Part shown: positions 49,475-64,000 of the stretch, in pieces
Numbering within the stretch: the stretch's first letter is position 1
Layout of the letters: each line of letters begins with the position of its first letter
NCBI RefSeq assembly: GCF_006345805.1
Contig: NC_043005.1
Span: 12,028,001 to 12,092,000 of the forward strand
Direction of reading: 5' to 3'
Length of the DNA stretch: 64,000 nucleotides
Source of the DNA: Octopus sinensis
Lineage: Eukaryota
The notes under the pieces: model-generated
Database searches by the model: none
Told to the model about the DNA's origin: nothing
The model's input: the letters and a program-made list of their open reading frames with translations, nothing else
Program-made: the position numbers and the translations under genes

Positions 49475-50376
49475 TATATATATATACATATATATGTTGT
49501 AACCAAGTGAGGCTAGAGTAAAAAACTGACACGACTATATAGGTGGGGTAAGTCTATCAACTGTTTAAGATGTTTAAATTCATTTATGGCATATAATTTA
49601 CTTTTATACTTTGCTATTCTTTTCTGATCAAACGAGATTGACATACGTCTGGCTTATGCACCACTTACAGCAAGAGCGGATGAGAGTGACCCTGTAAGTC
49701 TATTCTGTCTGCAAAAAATACTTATTTTTAACATAGGCATTGGTCGATAAATGAAGAACTGTGACTTCAACAACAACAGTAGCGATGAAGTCATAACATT
49801 CCATTACTCTTTATATTATGACATTATGTCTATCTGCCAGGCCAGATGCTAAGCCAATTACGAAGTCCATTTACAATAAAATTGATACAGCTGCTCCTAA
49901 TGTTCCTGCCTAAATTAATCCATAAAGAAAATGGCCTGTACATAGCCTACGTAATTATCGTTATTCAACTAAGGAGATATCCAATAAGCGGAGAGAGAGA
50001 GAGAGAGTGAGAGCAGGAGTGAGATAAAAGAAAAAAGAAAGAAAAAGAAGAAAAGTTGAATGAAAGGAAAAATCAAATAAACTACATCCTGAGTTAGAAA
50101 CATACACTTATCCTCTGGTACATTCGAAAATCGCTTATATTCTATCTCATCTAAAAAGATTACACGTACCTCTCTAATAAGGGAGCATACCTGATTGGCA
50201 GAACTACTAAAAATAGTACAGGAAAGTAATCTTCATCATGTCTCATAGTATCAACTTTACGAAGGAAATGAAAAGAAAATGTATTTACTTGATCTAAAAG
50301 CAACAAATTCGTACAACTAATACGAAGAACTTTTTTCTGCTGTTTTGCTATGAATAGTTAGACTATTAAATTTATC

Positions 50377-50939
50377 GATGTTTTCGATCTAATTTGGATT
50401 CCTTGCGATCAAATTTGAATTCTTTGCGATTAAATTTGAATTTTTCAATTGGTGCTCAAGCCTTGAAGAAAAAAGAGCGTTAAACTACATCAGCCGTAAG
50501 GGAATATATGTCTATCTTATCTAACTCGTCTAGTAGAGCCCACCAATTGATATCTGAAAAGTTCGATGAAATAACTCATGAACACTGCGATAGCTTCTAC
50601 CAAAAGATGCTTCATTACGTCGACCGGTCTGAACAAGGGGAGATAATAGAAAAAGAATCATTCGTTTAATATCTCCCCTTGTTCAGACCGCTTTACGTGA
50701 TGGAGCATCTTTTGGTAGAAGCTATAGCATTGTTCATGAGTTAGTTCATCGAACTTTTCAGATATTACTTGGTGGGCTCTACTGGACGAGTTAGATAAGA
50801 TAGTCATGTATTCCCTTACGGCTGATGTAGTTTAACTCTCTATTTTTTTTCAAGGCTTGAGCACCAATTGAAAAATTTAAATTTGATTGCAAAGAATTCA
50901 AATTTGATTGCAAAGAATCCAAACTAGATCGAAAACATC
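50377..50939. repeat. Long imperfect palindrome (foldback/MITE-like)
   Basis: Arms 50377-50645 and 50670-50939, about 22 differences in ~270 bp by manual alignment, with a 24-nt loop. Confidence 0.95.
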
Positions 50940-52963
50940 TATATTATAGACAACACCAAGGTGATCATATAAATTCGATGCCCATATTAGCTATTCGTAC
51001 AATAATTTCTTCAAATGACTAATTGTAATCAAACATACGAAAAGAGACACCCTAAATATGTCGATGTCCCACGTTTCGGAAGTTCTGCATAATTAATAAG
51101 CGTGGCCTCTTTTCGAATAAGAGAAACAAAAACAGCATAAACACTGATGAACTATTCGCGCAGAGAAGACTCTGCTAATTTCATAGATTCGAACATTAGT
51201 GTCAGTGGTTTGAAAGCAGGATTTTTGATGTTTTTTTTTCTTCCAAAAGTTCATCAAGAAGTATTAGACTAAACACGCGAACTTTTGACCAGAATTAGTC
51301 ATTTTATAAAAATGTTGTATTCAACGCTTATGCTTTAACTCGTGTGAATTTGGAGGTTCTCTGTCCTCACTGTACTTTTTTTAAAGTCATAGTTAGTGAC
51401 TTAGATATTGATCACTCTTGGTTTGCTACATCAATACGCTAGCGCAACATTAATTTTATTTAGTTAACATTTAATTTGAACATCTGAAAACACTTCTGCC
51501 AAAAAAAAAAAAACCCCAAAAAAACGTAACCTGAATCCAATTCTAGATAGCATCAAAACAAGAGAGAAAACGCTGGGAAAGGTGATTTGTGCGTGAAAAG
51601 AGAATATTTTTGTCTTTTGACGGAAAGAGGCGAAGATATACGTGACTTGGTATCTCAGAGCAGGTGATATGAGCTATTTATTTCAGAGGAACAGTTTCCG
51701 TTGTAGAAGTGATAGATGAAAGAATGAGATGAAAGAACTCAATAATTTGTTTTGTGAAAACTCAATTCCTTGTTCTGCAGTTTTCAGTACCCCCATTTTA
51801 ATATAATACACCTGAGGAGAATAATTAATTACCCACTAAAATGTTTCGAAGGTATTATCATTTAAGATCTTTATTACAAATAGCTACTGTATGTAATACG
51901 AAACAGTACTGTATTCTTAATACATGCTGTCTTTTTCCTACAAAGAGTTTACTTTAATGAGTTTCATCTTTGTTTTCCGTCGACTGGTAGTGAGATTAGT
52001 GTCTATGAATTATATTACAGCAGTAAAGGTTGCCGTACCATGAAGGTAAAATCACATATATCTATGTATTGTAGATGTTTTTCTAATTAATTATCTTATG
52101 GAAATTAATCCCACATAAATATTAGAAATTTCTCCCTAAATATATATTTAATAAAAGTATCTGGTAAACTTTGGTCGATATATATTTGGAAAAATTCAAG
52201 TGCACGTTCGTTACCCTAGATATTTTTTTCAAGTTTGTTTATCTTTCTCTACAACGAATCTTGTCTCAAGAAACTATTTTGCTTTTCATTTTATTTCATA
52301 AACACTTTAATTCGTTTTTATAACGTTTTTATTTTTGTTACATAACTTCTTTGTATTGGCAAAACTATTTCAAAATTATAAACAAAAAGCCAAAAAAAAA
52401 TGCATTAACGTATTAAGAAAAATCATTTATGCCACTTTCAGATCTTTCAATCATTTGCTAGATCTTAAATTGTCACTTAGTTTTATAATTCAGATTTAAT
52501 TTTCTCGTCGTCAGTTCCAAATTTGGAGATGATTATTTTACTATTTTTCTATTTGTATAATTTTTATTCACAATAAGAATTGAGTTAAAATCAGAAAACT
52601 ATATTTATAAACAAAACTGTGTGTCTGTTAAAAAGAAAATAACTAATTCAGGTTTGAAAATAAAATCTCTTTTTAATGAAAATCAAATTACGTTCACGTC
52701 GACATTGCTGCGAAGATTATAAAGATATTTGTAAACTTAAAAAACAAACACAAGCTGAATTGTTGATTGTCTATATGTAAATGAAACTAGTTTATGAATA
52801 GATAAACGCTAATTTGAAAAAGTGTAACTAACGATATGGTAAAAACCACGATAGAGAGAGGAGTGATTGAGAAAGGGGGAGAAAGAAAAAAGAAAGAACA
52901 GAAAAGAGTGGTCATTTTTAATTCGATGGACGTTAACTACAATTGCGTGGGCTTTGGGGAAAT

Positions 52964-53008
<45 letters not shown>

Positions 53009-53559
53009 ACGCACCTATTTTTATTATGTATATAGATAGATAAATACATAGATTGAGAGACAGAAAAATAGACATGAATACATACAAACTTATGTATATA
53101 TTGAGCAAGGAACAGGCACATATTTATACACACACATATATACTCACTTACTCACTCACTCATTTGTTCACATTTTCTCCCTCACACACGCACACATAAA
53201 AATACAAACACACACACACCTATATATATGTAAGTATGTGTTTCTATGCTAACACATTTGCCCTTACCAAAGCCAACACAACTCTAACACTCATCACATT
53301 AAACAAGTTCAATCTGTCTTATAACTATATTTGTGTGTCTGTGTGTATAAATATGGGTGCGTGACTGTGTGAGTGTGTGCATATATGTATGTGCAAGATA
53401 AATGTGAATTTGCTGCGTCGTACTATTAGTGATGTAACCAGTGATTATTTGGCATTTGCATTTTCAACATTAGGATTCTTTGCTCAGGCGATCCGGCTGT
53501 AAACGAGGTCCAACTAATATTCCAGTAGCACTGTGAATGGATCAACCCCCTAAATTCAA

Positions 53560-54520
53560 AACCATCAGGTAGCATCATCAGCAGATTTACTTGCAGACCA
53601 AATTGCTCTCACCATCCCGAATGTCCAATTCATTATGTACTTGCCAGAATGTACGCCCTGCAGATCTTCTTCATCAAACCTATATTAAATCCTAAAAATT
53701 TGTCCAATCTTTATTCCGGAACTTCACAATTCTTAGTAATACGTCCGTTTTTTTTTTTTTCCATTTCTTTTGGCAATGCATTTTCCTCAGATGACCTTAA
53801 ATTCCAGCATAATTAGTTCTTTTACTGATTCAGAAGAGAGAAACATGTCTGACTGGAACGATGTTGGTAGATTGTGATGCGGAAACTACAGCTGTCGCTC
53901 CTATTCAACTTATCATTGCCAGTCGAAGTCCGTTGTTGTTTATATTTGTGTAGTGCTTTCCTCCCTGCATCGACACATTTTATTAATTTCTTTGGAACAT
54001 GCCACTGATAACTTGCGCTTATCAGTGTTGCTATGCTTTCAGCAACTGCTTTAAAAGCTTGGCGACTGGTATCAACTAAAGTATCCTTACTTCAGGGCGT
54101 TTGGTTACTTACTGAGATGTTCTCGTATCCCCTTTCAGTCAGACCGGTTTAAATGGAGTCTAAGCCTCCTTGGTCCTCTTTCCGAACAAAATGAAGCCTT
54201 TCCTCTCCATAAGCCTTGCTAACCTTGTCTTTTGGAAGTAGTCCCAGTCCGCTTTTAGAAGTTCCATGATACGTATTAATTCATCTTGCTTTAGTCGAGA
54301 CTCTGTCACATGTCCTGATTTATGAGCATCGAGTTCCCAGTATAAAAACCCGAGATATCATTATCCTGCATTGTCTGAACAATGTTCTTGGAGAGAAACT
54401 CACTCTTGGGGTGCAATAATAGCCTAAATCTTCCCTTTAACAACAAAATTGGCCGAAACCAACTGATGGACAACTTCACCACTTCATCACGTCAACCTCA
54501 TGACCATCCAATGTTTTTTG
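53560..54520 (-). mobile_element. Heavily degraded non-LTR retrotransposon relic, probably R4/Dong-like
   Basis: RLHFVRKEDQGGLDSI (54152-54199) resembles RLYLPRKEGGRGL; an upstream FVVKGKI*AIIAP-like stretch. Many stops; boundaries approximate. Confidence 0.4.
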
Positions 54521-54725
54521 TACAGTAAATAACACTAGGGGGCTGGGACTAGAAGTAAAGCATACGGGCTTCTTGTCTTCTCATCTCTCTTCAGCCATGT
54601 AGTTTCAAATTTAACTATGTTGTTATTTTACTAGGCTGAGAGATTTCAGATTTATTGTGCTAAAGCCAATTTTCTCTCCTGAACATTCAGATTGTTGAGG
54701 CAAAATCAGATTATTCTACAGGCTG

Positions 54726-54726
<1 letters not shown>

Positions 54727-54795
<69 letters not shown>
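54727..54795. repeat. (CA)n microsatellite
   Basis: Directly visible. Confidence 0.95.
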
Positions 54796-54797
<2 letters not shown>

Positions 54798-57446
54798 AAC
54801 ACATGCACATACATGAACCTTGGTTTTAGCTTTTATTTGCAGTGTACTGTTTTAAAACCCTGTTGAAACACTAATTTTCTTAGATTACTACTATTATTTG
54901 GTGTAGTTTGTTTAAAATCCAACAAACAAGGAATTTCAAATCCTGTGATTTTTTGTTTGAAAAACTAGAAAAATTGTCAAAATGATATAAAATGGTTTTA
55001 ACGCTATTCGCAGAAAACATCTGACAGCGTTCGCAACAAGAAAGCCTCTGATGTGACACGTAGTCCACATATAAAGATGTACATTAGTTACATTGGAAAT
55101 CTATAAGTAGATAGGTTTATAGTAGACTGCGTAATGTGATGCGCTTGCAAATACAGAGTGTTTTTATATGAACGTGTTTTTGAGTATGCATAAGTCTATG
55201 TGTTGGTGTGTGAGATTTGGTGACGTGAGAATATCAATTATTTTGCACATTTTTCTAAAGTTATTGAAGTAAGAAAACGAAATTGAATTTTCCTCCTCCT
55301 TTTATAGGGTCAATGTAAAGTGCTGAGGACAAATCAGCTTGATGAATAATCGATTTTTTAATATCCGAATATACACTACACTGACAGTGATGGAACGTAA
55401 ACCATGAACTGCCATCCGGTTTTTCGGAACTGTATTGAGTATATATTCAGTCTCAAATGGTTCTGCAGCTCAAGGTGAATAGGCTGAATGATGGAGTTTG
55501 ATGTACTTTACATAATATAATAGTGTTGAGAATATAGGAGATTATATACTGCGCAAGCATACAAAAGTTTTTGAGATATATTATATAGAGCTCTATGTCT
55601 AATGCTTCCATTATGTAATTGTTTCAAAATTTAGAACACATCACTGAGATTGATCTTCAAATGTCACCTTCTCATAAAACTTTTGAACTGGTTATTTTCT
55701 CTTATTATGGGTCACTCGTGAGAACATTTTCTTTCTTAATTTGAACTATGTAACTATATATATGTCACTGTATGTAACTTTATTAGGCGTTATGACACCA
55801 TTACTTCGTTTTGAATGTAATATCATTTGTTCAACGAATATATTCACAGTTATTGAATCTCTATGGTGCCATTAGACGGAGTTTGCTTTGGTTTTCCAAA
55901 TAACTACTGAACCAGAAAAGATAAAAACATAACGAAATGAAATATATAATGTGGTTTCATGTATACATTAGTGTAAACGGAATTAGTGATTATCTAAGGT
56001 GTTGATAAACCAGACGCTTACACGATCAGAGCGGATCTATTAAAATTAAAATTTTTGTATCTGAGACGCAGTAAAATACCGAAGATCTCCGGTAGAAACT
56101 ATAATAAAGAATTATTCAGTTTCTCAGTTCAACATACCAACACAACATCGCATATAGTAGATGTCATAATTCTATGTTGCTCTTGAGAGATTAATTTTAT
56201 TCTTACTTTTACCTACAACTGCTTTCCTCATTTTTAATAATTATATTCTGTTAGATTGAGAAATTCCATTCTTATGTTTTTGTTGTTAATGTTTTGGTTC
56301 TGCTGCTGTTGTTGTTATTATTGTTATTATTGTTGTTGTTATTGCCATCGTCGTTTTTTGTTGTTCTTCTTAGTCTTCCTCTTAGTTTGCTTAAGGCCCA
56401 CTCTGAGTGAGAAAATACGTGACTAAAGTCAGATAATAGCTTTTTTAAATAATGAGGAGTATATACATACACATATACTCTTCATAGAAAACCTGCTATT
56501 ATTAGGTTACCAAACCACCACCACCGCCGACAATTAATTTGAAGATGGATTCCAGAATATGTAGTTTGAGGTATGTCAACTAAAAATGGGTATTTTAATT
56601 GAAATACTAGAAACGAGGTTGATTATATTTATGTTTATTAAAAAAGAAAACAACCGCATTCTCCATAGATTTAATATAAAAACAAACATACCTGTTGTAG
56701 CGTCTAAGACGTGCTAATAATGGGTCATCGTTTTAGAGCATATTTGAAAATTCTTATGAGATTATTCAATGTTTATCACTAAATTAAAATTTGACCATGA
56801 AGAGAAGCTTTGCATGTTATTAAATTCTGTAATAAAATTATTCTTTGCAGACACTAACAATTTAATACAGACTAGGTGAAACGTATTTATTTAAATTAAA
56901 TATATACACAACTCTGTGTATTGGCTTGAATATAATATTAAAACATTGAACTCTTTCTATGTCCATCAATGCAGCTTCCATCACTGTCACAGTGGTCGCT
57001 GTTTAATTTTGCTTTTTAATTTGATTCTTCAAACTCATTCATGATTCACTTATGTAGTTTCCATATAGAATTATATGTACGGTGGTGTGTGACACTAAAC
57101 ACGTCTGCAATCCTATACAGACAGCAAAACCTTTGAAGTGTCCTTCAACTAAGTTTATTTATGAAATAAAAATATTGTCAGAATCAAAAAAAAAAAAAGA
57201 AACAATTAATATAAAATGACCGAAAACTAGAAACGTCCATAGGAACAGAACGGAGGAGAAAATGAATATAAACTTGTTTATACAACATATATACGATGCA
57301 TATATATATATGTATACGCACACACGTATATATAAACATATACATATATATATATGTGTGTATGTATGTATAAATATATATGTATACATACATATATATA
57401 CATATATTTATACATACATACATATATATATGTGTGTGTATATATA

Positions 57447-57551
<105 letters not shown>

Positions 57552-57667
57552 CATATACAAATATATATATATATATATTATATATATATATATCTATATA
57601 TATATATATATATACATATATATCTATATATCTATATACATATATATATACATATACATACATATAT

Positions 57668-57772
<105 letters not shown>

Positions 57773-58906
57773 TCATATACATAAGCATCCGTCGGTAGGT
57801 GATGGACTGATAGAGTTATTAGAACATGAGTTAGAATTCCTCACTAAATGTGCCCAGAGTCTTGAAACTTTGAGTTCAGACCATGCTGGGATGAACTTTT
57901 TTTTCATCCTTTCCATATTGATATAAAAATAAAATTCTATCCTCGGATAGTTTGGTCAGAGAGTCGGACGAGATATTTTCCAGTGTTTTTTTCTTAGTCT
58001 TCAAGTTCTGATAGCAACAACGGGACGATGTTGATGCCAAGCTCTGTCGCATCATGTTGCTTGGCCTCCTCTGAATAATATATCAGTGGCATGGATAGAG
58101 GAGCCCAAAATCCATGGTCTCATGACAATTTTCGTAACACAGGGAACTTGCCTAATTGTGCCACATTCATTATGTTGGTACATAGTTAACATTAACTACT
58201 GGAGGTCCAAAAGCATGTGTATGTGTGTGTGTGTATGTCTGTGTCTGTTTGTGTGTACGTATGCTCGTGCGATGTTTCTGTATATGCGGTATATTCAGTG
58301 GGACTGAACCTGGAACCATGTGGTTGGTGAGCAAACTCTTACGCCTATATGAACATATTGCAGGAATATATTTTATCATATTTCTTCTATTTGTTTCAGT
58401 TATTGAACTGTGGCTTAGCTGGGGAATTTTTTTAGAGGTTTTAGCCTAAAAATAGACCACAGTACATATTTTTAACAATAATTTATTTTGTCAAACCGCT
58501 AGATGATGGAGATATATGTACAAAAATCAAAAGAGGCTGTGCAGTGGACTCACACAGATACTAACACAAACAGACAGACAGATAGCAAAACACACCCACA
58601 CACTATGCATACTTCTGAAGAACTGACACAAATATTGCTGGAACAAGACTGATAAAATGTATTACTTAATATATAATAATAATTTGGCAATAATCTGCTA
58701 GCAAAGTGTAGATGAAACAACTGAAGTATTAACCAATAAAGCCCGTTTGTTCAATCCAGTCTCTTTTCTTTACATTTCTACACAGGCACACACACATACA
58801 CACGCACGCATGCACACATGCAAACACACACATATACTTATGTGCATATATATATTTATATATATATACATACATATATACGTATATACGTATATACATA
58901 TACATA

Positions 58907-59600
58907 GGCGCAGGAGTGGCTGTGTGGTAAGTAGCTTGCTAACAAACCACATGGTTCCGGGTTCAGTCCTACTGCGTGGCATCTTGGGCAAGTGTCTTCT
59001 GCTATAGCTCCGGGCCGACCAATGCCTTGTGAGTGGATTTGGTAGACGGAAACTGAAAGAAGCCTGTCGTATATATATATATATATATATATAATAATAA
59101 AAATACAATAAAAATGGTAAATAATTTTTCTGTGGTTTTTCATGTTACCAAGAATTATTTACCGGTAAATTTCGGTATGTAAATACGACAAATTCATCGT
59201 CAGGAACGTTGTAAGGTTCAGTATATAGTAAAGTAAATAAGAGGGATAGCAGCAGGCTGCTTCGCCTCATACCGAAGGAATTAGAAATGGCAGTCAAAGA
59301 CTGGTTTTCCATTTTCTGTAAGTGGAGATTCCAAAAAACGAAGGCTCGTGCGGCTCACATACACAAAACCGGAGTAGCAAATAGACGCAAACAGTCACTT
59401 ACCGTTAATAACGAACATGTTTCTGGATCACAAACTCAGAAAAGTAGTTTGATTTCCTTCATCGGCGCTATATTCGATAGATTTACCAAATGCCACAGCC
59501 CTCACTTCCCGGGGTCGATTTGCTCGACTAAAGGCGGTGCTCCAGCATTGCCGCAGTCAAATGACTGAAACAAGTAAAAGAGTAAAAGAGTAATAAAAGA
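58907..59600 (+). mobile_element. Family A SINE split into a 5' half (58907-59069) and a 3' tail (59505-59600) by ~430 bp of foreign sequence
   Basis: Both parts are collinear with the intact copies; the central segment is missing. Confidence 0.7.
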
Positions 59601-59743
59601 GTATACATATATATATATATATATCCTGGTCACGGCAGCGCAGTATAATTTTAAAAGGCGGTGCCCCAGCATGGCCACAGCTCATTAGCTGAAACTAGAA
59701 AAATCAAAATCAAAATCAAATCAAAATCATATATGTATTTGTG

Positions 59744-59775
<32 letters not shown>

Positions 59776-59794
59776 AATATATATATAATATATA

Positions 59795-59826
<32 letters not shown>

Positions 59827-59864
59827 TATATATATATATATGTATCTATATATATACGTATATA

Positions 59865-59919
<55 letters not shown>

Positions 59920-60009
59920 AGAGATAAATAAGAATCACAGAAGTTTTTTGTTCAGACTAGCAACTTCTGAGACCATTCACTAACTTCAGCTGCCAACAAA
60001 GATTGACAC

Positions 60010-60490
60010 ATGACTGTCCATTTACCAGCAGTTCATGAGAACTTAATTGCACTCGTCTCAGTTTATACACCAGCACTTGATGTCAATGAAGATGAAAAAA
60101 TCATGTTTCCATATAGCAAAGTAACACCATTTTGAAATTACCAGCGAGGAAAATTTCTTTTAAAAGATTTGAACACAAGCATAGGAGGAGATTATAGGTT
60201 ATGGGAAAATATCAAGACATCGGGAACAGCAACTACGACTTGCCCCTTCTTCACTTCTGTTCGAAGTACTCCTCGTTTGTTTCCAACACATGTTTTCAGC
60301 TCTCCAACCGATTGAAGACCATTTACACGTATTCCAGAAACAAAAAAAAACTGATATGTTCTGAATTTTGCCATCATCAGAAAATGAGACAAGATATCCT
60401 GGTCACGAGGACACGTTGCATGTCTGATGTTTGTTGGCTGGACCACAGACTTGTCACCACAGGCATGACGATTACCATTCGGGTCACACG
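60010..60490 (+). mobile_element. RTE LINE apurinic-endonuclease domain relic
   Basis: MTVHLPAVHENLIALVSVYTPALDVNEDEK... and LLHFCSKYSSFVSNTCFQ...ILVTRTR...VCWLDHRLV match RTE APE motifs (SAYAPT, NT.F, SDH-type). Confidence 0.75.
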
Positions 60491-61069
60491 ATAACACCTA
60501 TAGCCATTGTCATGTCGAAGAAATGTTCAACATTTCTAAGTTTGTAAATACTCTCATCAAATTTTAAACAAATGTTTGCCAAGTGATCACTTTTACACTC
60601 CCAAACACCGAACATCAATTTCTTTATGGAAAATTGGTCATCTTTTCAAAATATCACTGAATCAACAAATCTAATTTCATTCAAAAGAAGGAGTAAATAT
60701 AGGTTGCTGCACGGAATTTTGCCAGTAAATAGGTCACGATTTCAAAGCGACGAAAATATTTTGACAAATTAATTTTAACAGCTTTTGCGTGTATTTAAAT
60801 GGTCTCTAAACCCCTTCCCCGCTGAAGCACTTGCACGTTAATTTCACGAGCAAGCTCTTCCGTTGTTCGTATCAGCAGGGACCCTCGTCGTTATAACCAA
60901 CAGAGTGATCCTAATATATATATATCCAATCCCAAGGCTTTGGGGCAGAACCCAGAACCATGTGATTGGAAATTAAGCTTCTTACCACAAGGCGACGCCC
61001 GCCTCGATGGACATAATTTTGGTTTATTAACTGCCATAAGTATTACTCATCATATTATCCAGCAGACGT

Positions 61070-61270
61070 GATGCCATCAGTCAACCAGAGCTTGCATCCT
61101 CTTGCAAGAACAGATGTGCATGGTTGCACCTACTTCTTCACAGTAACATTTGCCTCATCTTATCATCATCAAATCATTGTCCATGAAGACTTTCTCATAG
61201 GACAAAGCAGGAGGGTGTCGGTCAGTGCCAGAAGGGTATGCAGTTATGCCTACTTTTGCATTACACCCAA
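61070..61270 (-). mobile_element. Possible very old mariner fragment
   Basis: Minus translation gives HPP-like, DND and RMQALVD*W stretches in the order expected for a mariner C-terminus; weak. Confidence 0.3.
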
Positions 61271-61296
61271 TAGATCGCTTATGTATGTATGTATGT

Positions 61297-61362
<66 letters not shown>

Positions 61363-61544
61363 TGATATATATGTACATATACATGCATGCATACATACAC
61401 ACATGCATATATATATATACATATATATATATATATGGAGAGAGAGAGAGATCTATATATATCTCTCTCTCTTTCTATGTATATATATATAATGGTCGTA
61501 CCCCAGCATGGCCACAACTCATGAGCTGAAACCAGATAAAAAAA

Positions 61545-61629
<85 letters not shown>

Positions 61630-62196
61630 ATACAGATGGACAGATATGAAAAAGCCACGGGTGTTGTGCATCCTAGAAGTGTAGTCAATATATTAGGCAC
61701 TATATTTTATGGACAATGCATGCTGGTATTGGAATTTACATCAACTAATATACAACGAGACTATTGTAGAATATCAATCACTGAAAGAAATGGATGTAGT
61801 GGAATCAGAAAGCAAATATAATTACTTGACGAACAGCTATAGGAACTGCATTCGACTGAAATATTTATACGATACATAATCGCATCACAATCCTATGCAT
61901 TATACACAAATTCCCACAAAACATTCCACGTCGATAAACATCCTAAAATTATCCGTATTCTAACTACCTCACCGGGAAACAGATCCGTGTTGATTAGTTT
62001 CCAAACTCAACTCAGTCAACATACATTTTCTTGCTACCTCACCTACCACTACTGAAAATATATTTATTGATGGTCAGGAGTTGTAGGCGAATAATAAAAA
62101 TCAAGATGTCAGTCAAGCTTCATAGGATTTATGTTCTCATGCAGTAAATGAGGTGCGACATATCAGATATACTATGATTCTCTTAAGATCTATCAA

Positions 62197-62246
<50 letters not shown>

Positions 62247-63254
62247 TCTTTCATCCTCTCTCATTCTCAGGCTACTTCTCTCTATATGTGTGCGTGCATG
62301 TATATAACTGTTAATCTCTGTAATAATCTAATCAATTTATCTGGCTACTTAGCTATCTATCTCTAGTGTTATATCTCTAACTATCCATCTTTCTAGCTAG
62401 CTTTCTTTCCCTCTATATTTATGTCCGACTGGCGATTGGTTTTTCTATTTGCCTATCTGTCAACTATTCAATCTACTTTGTGTGTCATTTAGTATACAGT
62501 CATACAAATCAACACCAAAAATTATGCGTTACGTAACACACTTATCTTAGACATGTGGTTAAAATATCTGAAACACAGTTTTAAAAATCCGCTCCATATT
62601 ATATAAATCTTCAATTATAACATCATTATATTTATGCTAAGATGATACTATGTAGAATGAGAATGTTCATATAGTAGCATTCTTTGAAAACAAATGTATT
62701 ATTTTTTTATAACATCCATTATTGATTAGTAACCGGTTTTATTCACTCAATTGATAGTCATTCATATTCAGTACACCTAATTTGATACAAAATGATAACC
62801 ACTGTCTAGTCTTTCTGTGTATTTTATTCAAGTCTAGATCTAATTTGATAAAAAGAATAGCAGTAATTGCGCAATTTCACTTATATTCCATCTGACACTT
62901 CAAATATATTATATGACAGATTTCAATTGAAATTCAATTTCCTTGTCTATTTCACACTGTTTCTTATTTAATTCACCGTCGTCTGTGAAGAATTCAAACA
63001 ATATTCCGTTTGATAAAATATCATTCAACTCGATTTCATACATAACCATCACAATATTGTGATAGATGCTCTTACATACATCGTTGTATTTTATAAATTG
63101 ATCTAGCAAAATAATTCATTTCTCTAGACAGGAAGAAACCTTTCACATATATTTGCATTTACTCTTTTAGGTGAATTATTCTGAAATTACGTTTAGTTTT
63201 CTGAACTATTAACTACAATATTTTTCTAACTAACAATGCTTCATTTTGTTCTAT

Positions 63255-63345
63255 TTAGTCTTACATTATCTTCTAGTACCCTAGTTAGTCTTACATTATC
63301 TTCTAGTACCCTAGTTAGTCTTACATTATCTTCTAGTACCCTAGT
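63255..63345. repeat. Minisatellite: three perfect copies of the 30-bp unit TTAGTCTTACATTATCTTCTAGTACCCTAG
   Basis: Directly visible; no spacers. Confidence 0.95.
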
Positions 63346-63928
63346 GTTCCATATATAGCATTAACGTTAGTTATGTTTGAATTCGGATCATTTTGATAAT
63401 TCCATTACAAATATTTGCTCATGACAGTTTTAACAATAAAAAAAATCGTCTTTTTGTTGAACACCAAATCAACTCCAATCGAGATGTCCAATGTTAAAAA
63501 ACATTCCAGAAGATACCAGCTGTCTTTTTACCCAGGAACAGTGCACCCAGGTTGCTTCGAAATAATACCTAAGGTGTTAACGTGTAAACGGAGAGACTTT
63601 TGGCTGCCTGAGTTATGAAACAAGTGTTTGCTTTTATTTTTATCGAATTCGTAAATTTGTATTGTTAATTATGTACATATCCACCGATCAAGCATGCTAC
63701 ATGAAAGACTACAATATTCTTCAGACACAATGGATCTAGATATACATAATTAAGATAAATTGTTCATTGTTAGTGTTTATTCTATGTCTGGCATATGAAA
63801 ATATAAATAAAATTAAGAAAAATAAAGCGTTTTACCAATTTCATAATTTTCGTTTATCAAATGGAATGAAGGGGTTTTTATGAATGCAAAGATCAATGGG
63901 GGTACAACGACAAATAACATACACACGC

Positions 63929-63971
<43 letters not shown>

Positions 63972-64000
63972 CACAGACACAAACAATCAAATACACACAA

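Noticed and set aside
49663-49699. ACTTACAG...CTGTAAGT inverted repeat giving an apparent 23-nt exon on either strand
   Set aside because: A single 8-bp inverted repeat explains both splice-like motifs; not frame-preserving and no other support.
59150-59215. CTGACGA...GAAA with the 14-bp palindrome ATTTACCGGTAAAT (minus strand)
   Set aside because: Stems I and II do not pair.
63255-63345. 30-bp repeats of CRISPR-like length
   Set aside because: Contiguous copies with no spacers, no cas genes and a eukaryotic context; an ordinary minisatellite.

Overview
AT-rich, repeat-saturated eukaryotic DNA, very likely from a coleoid cephalopod (Octopus-like). The organism call is an inference from recalled SINE families and was not checked against a database. 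No host protein-coding gene is recognisable; nearly all ORF-track entries are translations of (TA)n/(CA)n/(AAT)n/(AGAT)n microsatellites or transposon relics. The window holds five tRNA-headed SINE families (labelled A-E here), 3' or endonuclease fragments of RTE, CR1/L2-like and probably R4/Dong LINEs, four mariner relics, a nested hAT transposase relic, Helitron elements (one with PIF1 helicase motifs), an ~870-bp tandem duplication and a ~560-bp foldback palindrome. The most notable signal is a set of minimal type I hammerhead-ribozyme (HHR) motifs with palindromic stem III, the kind known from Penelope-like elements, in several unrelated repeat families. One lies in a tRNA-headed SINE (two copies), one in a tandem unit with a 5' inversion, and one has the U3-A8 covariant core. 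All HHR calls come from manual motif and base-pair inspection; none is tested for activity. Element boundaries without a TSD or TIR are approximate.
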